Assembly: GCA_018900995.1 (NCBI GenBank)
Contig: JAHIFH010000049.1
Span: forward strand, 1-32,869
DNA length: 32,869 nt
Origin: Patescibacteria group bacterium
Lineage (GTDB): Bacteria > Patescibacteriota > Microgenomatia > PFEM01 > JAHIFH01
Direction of reading: 5' to 3'
In this document: positions 15,741-23,375 of the stretch, one piece after another
How positions within the stretch are numbered: position 1 is the first letter of the stretch
How the letters are laid out: every line of letters starts with the position of its first letter
Notes under the pieces: generated by a model
Told to the model about the DNA's origin: nothing
The model's input: the letters and a program-made list of their open reading frames with translations, nothing else
Databases searched by the model: none
Program-made: the position numbers and the translations under genes

Positions 15741-16370
15741 TCATTTTTTCCTCGCTTTGGCCAGAAATTGAATTGAAAAAAGATTAGGGAAAAGAGCCCC
15801 CAAAACCTTTAAGAAGAAAAATCTGGGGCGGACAAGATTATACCCCCGAACAAAAACAATTTTCAAGCCAGCCTTCCTCAAAAGGTTAACAAGGCTTTTG
15901 TAGGTAAAAAATCTAAGATGTGTTTCATCCAAGAGTCCCCCATCAGGATTATAATCAAACCGACCAAAAAGAAGAGAAAGTCTAATCGACGCAAAGGCAA
16001 CATTGGGCACTGAGATAAGGAAAAAACCTTCTTCTGAAAGATATCGAGTAAGGTTTTTTAAAACCGATAAGGGATTTTTGAGATGTTCTAAAATATCACC
16101 ACAAACAATCACATCAAATACTTCCTTTTTAAACGACAAAGTCTTTTTACTTTCAATATCGGCTACCACTACTTGATCATAAAATTTCTTTGCTTCTCGA
16201 GCTATTCCAGGACTGCTTTCAATTCCAGCCAAAAATTCCGGGTCTTTTTCCTTCCGTAGCTTCTTTCCAAGCAGGCCAGTGGCACAACCAACATCCAAAA
16301 CTTTTGCGCCTTTTGGGATTAAAGCAAAAATATAGGGATTAAAAGTCTCGTATTTAAAGATTTTTGACAT
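15741..16370 (-). CDS. Class I SAM-dependent methyltransferase
   Basis: Motifs VLDVGCATGLLG, AGIESS, FDVIVCGDILEHL and SEEGFFLISVPN. It is a paralog of 12722..13345. The ORF-track start at 16382 is TTG; the first ATG is at 16370. Confidence 0.85.
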   Translation of the reverse strand: MSKIFKYETFNPYIFALIPKGAKVLDVGCATGLLGKKLRKEKDPEFLAGIESSPGIAREAKKFYDQVVVADIESKKTLSFKKEVFDVIVCGDILEHLKNPLSVLKNLTRYLSEEGFFLISVPNVAFASIRLSLLFGRFDYNPDGGLLDETHLRFFTYKSLVNLLRKAGLKIVFVRGYNLVRPRFFFLKVLGALFPNLFSIQFLAKARKK

Positions 16371-17028
16371 AGAATGCTTCAAAAGCCAATTTCGGAAAAT
16401 AATAAATAATGGCTTGAGTCAGCTCGGAAATAATCAGCCAGAAAATTTTGGGACTGAATCTGATGGTGGCAAAAATATCTCCCTCTTGATATCCCTCCTC
16501 CAAAGTGCTTCCCCTTCTTAAAAACTTCCATCCCGCCATACCGTGGGCTTTATAGCCTAATTTTTCCATTTCTTCAACTGCCCATCCCGAACGATGAGAC
16601 TGAAAAGGATTATCATCAATGCTTGCTTGCGGCAGAAAGCCCACTGGGGCAGAAACAATCACTTTTTTCTTAGCCCATTTCTCTGCTTTTTCTAATAGTT
16701 TTTCTCCTTGTTTTTTCTCAAGATGTTCTAAGACATCAATCATTATCACCGCATCAAAACTTTTGGGCTTAAAATCAGTTTTAGTAATATCTTTTAAAAG
16801 ATATTTATTATGAATTTTCTTTTTTTTACTCTCCTGGATATAGAGTTTGAAGGCATCTACGCCTACACTATACTCCAGATTACAATACTTAACCGGAGAA
16901 TCAGGACCACAGCCAAGATCCAAAACCGACTGGCACTCTTTGAGTTCTTGTTTTAAGCAATAAAGCAAAGTGTGAAAAAGATGACTAATCAGCTCGTTGT
17001 AATACAGTTTTTTAATTAATCCTTCCAT
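16354..17028 (-). CDS. Class I SAM-dependent methyltransferase
   Basis: Motifs VLDLGCGPDSPV, VGVDAF and FDAVIMIDVLEHLEK. The ORF-track start at 17046 is TTG. The ATG at 17028 is preceded by AAGGGGA and lies 7 nt after the upstream TAA. Confidence 0.8.
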   Translation of the reverse strand: MEGLIKKLYYNELISHLFHTLLYCLKQELKECQSVLDLGCGPDSPVKYCNLEYSVGVDAFKLYIQESKKKKIHNKYLLKDITKTDFKPKSFDAVIMIDVLEHLEKKQGEKLLEKAEKWAKKKVIVSAPVGFLPQASIDDNPFQSHRSGWAVEEMEKLGYKAHGMAGWKFLRRGSTLEEGYQEGDIFATIRFSPKIFWLIISELTQAIIYYFPKLAFEAFYVKNL

Positions 17029-17035
17029 TTTCCCC

Positions 17036-18037
17036 TTAAATCTCAATTTTGATATTTTTCAACTTCCTGGAAAGAATTTTATTTTTATAATTGTCCACCA
17101 GCCAAATTAAGATACGCCGGGGAACTAAAAGAGTTCCCAGGCTGCAAAACCAAAATTTAATATCAAGAAGACTAAGGGGGCGAAGTTTAATGAAAACAAA
17201 AATCTCTCTGATTAAATTCCGAAACGGACTATAATTTTTAATCTGGATTAAGCTAAGATAATGAGTGGTCATCTGTTCGATTCCCACTTTTCGAACATCT
17301 CGATATTTCTTTCCCCGAAAAACCGTCTTAAACATTTTTACCCAACTCTCTGTTGGCGAAATCTCATAAATGCTTGGTTTAAACCGCGTCTGGCTACTGG
17401 CAATCCGAACAGCAACAGTATAATCCTTAAGAAAAACCACTTTGTATTTTTTGGCAATTGAAGCAAAGGGATAAATATGAGCCGGAAAAGTTTCTTCATG
17501 GAAATCAGTCTTCATATATTTAGTTCTATACGCCAATCCAGAAAGCTGGCCTACCGATTCAAAAATTTTCTGAACCTCTCTCTTGCCATCGAAAATAGAA
17601 ATGACAGCGTCTCTTTTTTCATCGTAAGGAGTCACCACTCTCACTGGCTTTTTAACATCATTTTCATCGAACCAATAATAGGGACGGGTAACAGCACCAA
17701 TGTCATCGCTTAATAAAAAGGCGTTATGAGTTTTTAATAAGGCATCTTTTGCCAGAACATCGTCTTGAGCCATTAAAAAACGAATGTCTTTTTTTGCCAG
17801 TTTTTTTAAAACCTGGAGATTTTTACCATAGCCCAAGTTCTTTTTATTCTGATGAATTTTGATTCTTTTGTCTTTGAGTTTTTTAATGACCTCAATCGTA
17901 TTATCGGTGGAGCAATCGTCACTAATAATAATCTCAAAATCCTGAAAACTCTGAGAAAGAACACTTTTGAGACTCTCGGTAATCCACTGAGACCCATTAT
18001 AAGTGGGCATACAGATACTAAATTTCAGTTTTTTCAT
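17036..18037 (-). CDS. Glycosyltransferase family 2
   Basis: 333-aa ORF with FSICMPTYNGSQWITESLKSVLSQSFQDFEIIISDDCSTDNT and MAQDDV. ATGA overlap with the upstream GT4. Confidence 0.9.
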   Translation of the reverse strand: MKKLKFSICMPTYNGSQWITESLKSVLSQSFQDFEIIISDDCSTDNTIEVIKKLKDKRIKIHQNKKNLGYGKNLQVLKKLAKKDIRFLMAQDDVLAKDALLKTHNAFLLSDDIGAVTRPYYWFDENDVKKPVRVVTPYDEKRDAVISIFDGKREVQKIFESVGQLSGLAYRTKYMKTDFHEETFPAHIYPFASIAKKYKVVFLKDYTVAVRIASSQTRFKPSIYEISPTESWVKMFKTVFRGKKYRDVRKVGIEQMTTHYLSLIQIKNYSPFRNLIREIFVFIKLRPLSLLDIKFWFCSLGTLLVPRRILIWLVDNYKNKILSRKLKNIKIEI

Positions 18038-19146
18038 TTTTTTATTATTTCAAGTTCTCTTTTAGCGACTCTGTTCCAATCATATTGATTGGCATTATCG
18101 ACTGCCTCTTTCGCTAACTTTCGGTAAAACCGGTTATCTGTGAGTAATTCTACCACTGCTTCAGCAAATTTTTTAAGCTGACCGGTCTTCACTTTCACTA
18201 TGCCTCCTTTAAAGACCTCCCTATAAACTGGTAAATTCCATGCTACCACGGGCAAACCACAAGCTTGGGCTTCAAGTGGAGCAATGCCGAAGCCCTCCTC
18301 GCGACTGGGAAAAATAAAAACCCTACTTGCTTTGATAGTAGTAAAAGCTTCTTTATCCTCCAGGTAACCTAATAAATTAATATTTTTCTCTAACCCTTCG
18401 GCTTTGATTAAAGACTTAATTCTCTTAACCATCCTCGGCATCCCTCTTCCCATTATTCCTAATTTCAGAGTTGGTTTCGCTTGACAAACCCGCTGCCAAA
18501 TTTTCACCAAATCAAAAATCCCTTTTGACGAGCGAAGTTGAGCCATGAAGATACCGTCATAGCCAACCCCTTCTTTCTTGACTAATTTTAAGCGTTGAAG
18601 GTCTATCCCCGGAGAGTTCACAAAAACCCTATCAGAAGAAAAGCCTAGTTTAATTAGGTCGTTTTTAAGCTGGCGGTTGTCAACAATGATCAAATCAGCC
18701 AAGGGCTTAATGAAGAGAAAGCTAATTTTTTGGGCAAAAAAAGGTCCTTTTCTTGAAGGAGGTACTAAATGAAAAATATGTTGAACCCATTTCGTTTTTT
18801 TGCTTTTTAACTTGCGCCAAAAAGCTGGTAAAACATCAGGCAAAAAATCAGAAGTACTCAGAAGAATATCTTTTTCCCCAGCTGACAATTTCAAAAAAAA
18901 GGCTTTAAGAATTCGTTGAAAATAGGTGAGAAACAAATGGCGAAATTCTGGTTCCCGCGTAGTAATTAAATATTTCCCCTTTAATCCACTTTTTTGACAT
19001 AAATCCTTGCCCAGCCGAGAGGTGACAATCATCTTATCATATTCCTTAATCCTTTTAGCCACCTCAATAAAAACCATATCGCCACCACTCTTCCCTTGAG
19101 AATAAGAATTCATGAAGGCAATTAGTTGAGGCTTATAAATCTTCAT
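18034..19146 (-). CDS. GT-B fold glycosyltransferase (family 4/1-like)
   Basis: C-terminal signature FIFPSREEGFGIAPLEAQACGLPVVAWN (E-x7-E). The ORF-track start at 19161 is GTG. The ATG at 19146 forms an ATGA overlap with the epimerase stop. Confidence 0.85.
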   Translation of the reverse strand: MKIYKPQLIAFMNSYSQGKSGGDMVFIEVAKRIKEYDKMIVTSRLGKDLCQKSGLKGKYLITTREPEFRHLFLTYFQRILKAFFLKLSAGEKDILLSTSDFLPDVLPAFWRKLKSKKTKWVQHIFHLVPPSRKGPFFAQKISFLFIKPLADLIIVDNRQLKNDLIKLGFSSDRVFVNSPGIDLQRLKLVKKEGVGYDGIFMAQLRSSKGIFDLVKIWQRVCQAKPTLKLGIMGRGMPRMVKRIKSLIKAEGLEKNINLLGYLEDKEAFTTIKASRVFIFPSREEGFGIAPLEAQACGLPVVAWNLPVYREVFKGGIVKVKTGQLKKFAEAVVELLTDNRFYRKLAKEAVDNANQYDWNRVAKRELEIIKK

Positions 19147-20150
19147 TCCATTGAATCCCACATCTTATCAATTCCTTGCCAAACCGTAGTGGTGGGTTTC
19201 CAGTTTGAACGAGAAGTCACTTTAGTGATATCGCTAATATAAATTCTATGATCTGCTGGGCGCCAATCAAAAAACTTTAATTTCAACTTCCTACCTCCCT
19301 TTTTATTCAGATAATCAATCACCTCAATCAGAGAAACAGTATTTTTCGGTCCCCCACCGACATTGTAAACTTGACCCTGATGTTTTGATATATTTTCTAA
19401 CTGCTCAAGGTAAAGTTCAGCCAGATCAGTCCCAAAAAGAGCATCCCTGACCTGTTTGCCATTACCATAAATATTGAGAGGTAAATTCTTTTTTTTCGCC
19501 TCAACAAACCACCAAAGCCAACCCTGATCTTCAACTCCTTTTTGATAAAGCCCATAAATACAACTCATTCGGTTGACTACTGTCGGCACTCCATAGATAT
19601 GGAAATACTCTTGATGATACAAGTCAGCCGCGGCTTTGGAACAACCATAAGGAGAATGGGGATATTCCCCCGCGCTATCCAGAGGAAATTCCTCATTAAT
19701 CCCTTTGAATCTTCTATTTTTCCAAACGTACCTTGTTTTTCTCTCTACCATTGGAATCTCGTTGATTTCCTCAGAGTAAACTTTGTTGGTTGAGGCAAAA
19801 AGGACAGGGATTTTCCGTTTCCGAGCTAGTTCTAGAAGGTTTAGAGCCCCATAAGCGTTGACACTAAAGTCATAGACAGGCCATTTCATTGACCAGGGAA
19901 TTCCAGGGTTGGCAGCTAAATTAATAATCGCATCGACTTTGGGAAGCCGATCTAAATCATCGGAGAATCTAATATCTCCTCGAATAATCCTTGCTCCAAA
20001 TTTTTCTAGATGAGTAACATTCTCTTCCACTCCTGGTCGGACAAAATTATCAAAGACAACTACTCCGTGTTTTCTTTTTAAAGCCACCTCGGCAATATTA
20101 GTACCAATAAAGCCCGCCCCACCAGCGATGAGAATCTTTTTATATTTCAT
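19143..20150 (-). CDS. NAD-dependent sugar-nucleotide epimerase, CDP-paratose 2-epimerase (tyvelose epimerase)-like
   Basis: 335-aa ORF with ILIAGGAGFIGTN, VVFDNFVRPG, ASTNKVY, HSPYGCSKAAADLY, DQGWLWWF and GNGKQVRD. These match blocks I recall from Salmonella CDP-paratose 2-epimerase. The family call is firmer than the substrate call. Confidence 0.7.
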   Translation of the reverse strand: MKYKKILIAGGAGFIGTNIAEVALKRKHGVVVFDNFVRPGVEENVTHLEKFGARIIRGDIRFSDDLDRLPKVDAIINLAANPGIPWSMKWPVYDFSVNAYGALNLLELARKRKIPVLFASTNKVYSEEINEIPMVERKTRYVWKNRRFKGINEEFPLDSAGEYPHSPYGCSKAAADLYHQEYFHIYGVPTVVNRMSCIYGLYQKGVEDQGWLWWFVEAKKKNLPLNIYGNGKQVRDALFGTDLAELYLEQLENISKHQGQVYNVGGGPKNTVSLIEVIDYLNKKGGRKLKLKFFDWRPADHRIYISDITKVTSRSNWKPTTTVWQGIDKMWDSME

Positions 20151-21166
20151 TTGAAAAATTTAGTCACAAAATCCTTAATAGTGACATAGCCATAAATCAA
20201 GGTTGTCGCTAAACACATTGGGGGATTAACAAACCAGGCAATATCACGAATCTTCGAGTATCCTCTAAAAGCATCCCAAGTGGGCTTAACGAGAGTAAGG
20301 CTATAGAAGACATATTTTATTACCTTCCCTTCGTCTCCTTTCATAAAAGCACTCCATCGCCGCTTAGAGTGATCGCGAAAATGATATTCTTCGACAAACC
20401 GTTTTCTCCTTTTGATATAGGGCAGAAAGCCACTAAGGTTAGTGAGATGAATCACAGAATTTTTTACAAAGCCGAATTGATTGTAGCCGTTTTTAATCAC
20501 ATCCACCATAACGTCAATGGGATAATGATATTCGGGTCTGACATCAGCGTTTTCAACCACCAGTTTTCTTCGCATAAGACAGGCGTTTGTACCAATACTA
20601 GGAACCCTCCGCGGGTCACTCTCAAATTCGACCAAATAGTAATCACCTTTATCAGTCGCTTCGCCCAAATTAACCCAGGTATCGGCATTTTGAGGCAAAC
20701 GGTCCGCTTTACCGAGATAAAAGCCAATCGGTTCACTGATGCCAAAAAGAGCACAAAAGCGATCCATTAACTTATAATGTCTCTTATAATCGTAATAGCA
20801 AGTTTCCGTCGCCACCATTTTTGGGTTTTCCAAAAGTGGTTTAACCATATCTTTTAACCAAGTTTTGTAAGGTAGAAAATTATCATGATCCAAAATCATT
20901 GCCAATTCTCCTCGAGCCTGATTAAAAGCCACGCCTCGGTTATATTCGGCGTGCTGCTTCTTTGGAGGGATATTAATCACTTTAGCTTTATACCTTTTCG
21001 CAATTTCCAGAGTATTATCTGTTGAACCACCGTCACCCAAAATAATTTCGATTTTATTTTGAGGATAATCTTGTTCCCGCACTGCTCTTAAACACCTACC
21101 TAGCATTTTCCCAGAATTAAAAGTAGCGGTTACTATGGAAATTGTCGGCAATTTTTTCTTTTTCAT
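20147..21166 (-). CDS. Glycosyltransferase family 2
   Basis: Motifs ISIVTATFNSGKMLGRCLRAVREQDYPQNKIEIILGDGGSTDNT and ILDHDN. I prefer the ATG at 21166 (MKKKKLP...), which forms an ATGA overlap with the SDR stop. The ORF track extends to 21199. Confidence 0.85.
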   Translation of the reverse strand: MKKKKLPTISIVTATFNSGKMLGRCLRAVREQDYPQNKIEIILGDGGSTDNTLEIAKRYKAKVINIPPKKQHAEYNRGVAFNQARGELAMILDHDNFLPYKTWLKDMVKPLLENPKMVATETCYYDYKRHYKLMDRFCALFGISEPIGFYLGKADRLPQNADTWVNLGEATDKGDYYLVEFESDPRRVPSIGTNACLMRRKLVVENADVRPEYHYPIDVMVDVIKNGYNQFGFVKNSVIHLTNLSGFLPYIKRRKRFVEEYHFRDHSKRRWSAFMKGDEGKVIKYVFYSLTLVKPTWDAFRGYSKIRDIAWFVNPPMCLATTLIYGYVTIKDFVTKFFK

Positions 21167-21972
21167 CTTTGCCAGATAAACGATATTAAAAAATCCCAAA
21201 GTCTTTGCGGCAGAAACCTTTGCAAAAAAGTGATAATTTGAGTGTCTCGACCAAGAATAACTCGAACCGGTGGTTTTGGATCCTTTATTACTCTTTCTAC
21301 CGCTCTCGCCACTTTTTCTTGGGTAACCATCGGCATAAGTTTGTTAATAAGCCAAAATCTTTTTCTCGCCGAGAGATGAGAATTTCTTTTAACTGATTTT
21401 CGCTCACTAGTAATTGCTCCAGGAGCAATATTAGTCACCCATACACCGTCCTTTTTCAACTCGTAACGCATGGCAAAACCAAGCGCTTCTAAAGCAAATT
21501 TAGAAGAACAGTAAAGTCCTGAATTAGGCAGAGCGATGATGCCATTAAGAGATGTAATGTTAATGATTCGACCATTTTCCTGAGAACGCATTTGGGGAAC
21601 TACCTCTCGTATGAGACGAAATGCCCCCACGGTATTGGTATCCAAAATGTCAAGATACTCTTTGGGAGTAAAATCAGCTGTTGGCCCAGTTAATGAATAG
21701 GCGGCATTGTTAATAAGAACATCAATCTGCTCTTTGTTAGCGACTATCTTTTTTACTACCCTCTGGCAATCTTTTTCCTCAGTAATGTCTAGCTTAATGG
21801 GGTAAATTGAAGGATGGGACTCTTTCCAGACAAATTTTAATTGTTTGATATCTTCAGGTCTTCTGATACCGGCGTAGACAACCCAATCCTTATCAGCAAA
21901 AAATTCAGCCAGGAACTTGCCTAATCCCCGAGAACAGCCAGTTATCAAAATTGTTTGTGAGTGTGATTTCAT
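21163..21972 (-). CDS. Classical short-chain dehydrogenase/reductase (SDR)
   Basis: 269-aa ORF with ILITGCSRGLGKFLA (TGxxxGxG), NNAAY and the catalytic motif YCSSKFALE (YxxxK). ATGA overlap with the upstream radical SAM gene. Confidence 0.85.
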   Translation of the reverse strand: MKSHSQTILITGCSRGLGKFLAEFFADKDWVVYAGIRRPEDIKQLKFVWKESHPSIYPIKLDITEEKDCQRVVKKIVANKEQIDVLINNAAYSLTGPTADFTPKEYLDILDTNTVGAFRLIREVVPQMRSQENGRIINITSLNGIIALPNSGLYCSSKFALEALGFAMRYELKKDGVWVTNIAPGAITSERKSVKRNSHLSARKRFWLINKLMPMVTQEKVARAVERVIKDPKPPVRVILGRDTQIITFLQRFLPQRLWDFLISFIWQR

Positions 21973-23375
21973 GATTTACCAAAAATTCTTCCTAAAGCAC
22001 TAAAAATTCTTCCCGGTGTCAATCTCTTAATAAATAAAGGTAGGCGTCTAGGAGTAGAATAAAACTGAAAATAGGCTTTGTTTTGCAACTTAATCAATTT
22101 TTCTCGCGGCAGTTGATCCGATTCTAAAGCAGCCCCTATTTGTTTTCCATAAACCCTCCAATCATAAGTCAAGAGTTTTAAACCACCAATTCCTTTTTTT
22201 GCCATCTCGTAAACCTCTGTGCCTGGAAAAGGCACCATGATGGCAAAATTAGCATGGTCAGCATTTAAATTTCTGGCAAATTTAATGGTTTTTAAAACTT
22301 TTTCTTCAGTTTCAAAGGGGTGACCAATAATAAAGTTTGCCTCTGTGGCGATGCCAATTTTCTTACAATCGTTAAAACTCCTGACAATTTGTTCTAGTTT
22401 TGTCTGTTTACCCATCTTGTCTAACATCTCTTGATCCCCTGATTCCACCCCATAGCCAATAAAAACACAGCCAGATTTTTTCATCTTTTTTAACAGTCTT
22501 TCTCCAAGAACATCAACCCGCCCCCCGGTGGACCAAGTTATTTGTTGATTCAAACCGGTCTCAATTAAAAGGTCACAAAGCTTTTCTGCTTGTTGCCTGT
22601 TAACGGCAAAAGTGCCTTCAACAAAAAAAATATCAGTCGCCCCAAATTTATTAATTGCTCTTCTAATTTCTTCAATAATTTTTTCTGGCGATTTAAAACG
22701 AATCACCCGTCCGCTGACCCGAAAACAAAAATTGCAATTAAAAGGACAGCCCCTAGCTCCTTCAACAGGAATCTCTAATCTTCTACCTGATTTTTTAAAT
22801 CCTGTTCCAATACTGCCACCGCGATATTTATCCAGATCAAATAGCTCCCAGGCGGGGAAAGGTAAATCGTCAAAATTTTTAATCAAGGGTCGAGGTTTGT
22901 TGACCTTAATTTTATCACCTTCTTTGTAGGCAAGACTTAAAATTCTATTTAAAGGTTTATCTTGAGCCAACTCTAAAGCCGTCTCCTCTCCCTCGCCAAA
23001 AGCAACGGCATCAAAGAAATAAAATTCCTCTAGGGTTCTTTTTGGTAGCGCCGAGGGGTGGGCACCACCAACAATGGTAAAAATTTTAGGATTAATCTTT
23101 TTAATAAAGCGGGCGGTTTCATTGGCGGCGTATATTTCGGAAGTATAGGCAGGAATGCCAACGATATCAGGATCAAAGCGCTTAACAATTGAAGTAATTT
23201 TTCTACTTGATTCTCCGATGGGATCAAAGACCTTAATCTTAATCCCACTTTCTCTTAGATGGGCAGCAATCGAGGAAATGCCAATTCTGGGGAAAGTATT
23301 CCCCATTTCTAATCTATCCATTTTTTCTTTAATTATTGGTGAATTGAAAAGAAGAACTTTTTTCTTTGTTTTCAT
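21969..23375 (-). CDS. B12-binding domain radical SAM protein (class B-like)
   Basis: 468-aa ORF. The N-terminal cobalamin-binding-type segment reads DIVGIPAYTSEIY...FTIVGGAHPS. The cluster motif is GARGCPFNCNFCF (CxxxCxxC). It is a paralog of 11236..12711. Confidence 0.85.
   Translation of the reverse strand: MKTKKKVLLFNSPIIKEKMDRLEMGNTFPRIGISSIAAHLRESGIKIKVFDPIGESSRKITSIVKRFDPDIVGIPAYTSEIYAANETARFIKKINPKIFTIVGGAHPSALPKRTLEEFYFFDAVAFGEGEETALELAQDKPLNRILSLAYKEGDKIKVNKPRPLIKNFDDLPFPAWELFDLDKYRGGSIGTGFKKSGRRLEIPVEGARGCPFNCNFCFRVSGRVIRFKSPEKIIEEIRRAINKFGATDIFFVEGTFAVNRQQAEKLCDLLIETGLNQQITWSTGGRVDVLGERLLKKMKKSGCVFIGYGVESGDQEMLDKMGKQTKLEQIVRSFNDCKKIGIATEANFIIGHPFETEEKVLKTIKFARNLNADHANFAIMVPFPGTEVYEMAKKGIGGLKLLTYDWRVYGKQIGAALESDQLPREKLIKLQNKAYFQFYSTPRRLPLFIKRLTPGRIFSALGRIFGKS

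Noticed and set aside
20369-20770. 133-aa plus-strand ORF. Similar plus-strand or nested ORFs occur at 85..321, 1948..2142, 4846..5076, 13644..13976, 15066..15356, 22612..22929, 27809..28108 and elsewhere.
   Set aside because: Each lies antisense to, or nested inside, a long minus-strand gene with clear family motifs. Their translations are low-complexity and lack motifs. They are best explained as shadow ORFs in AT-rich coding DNA.
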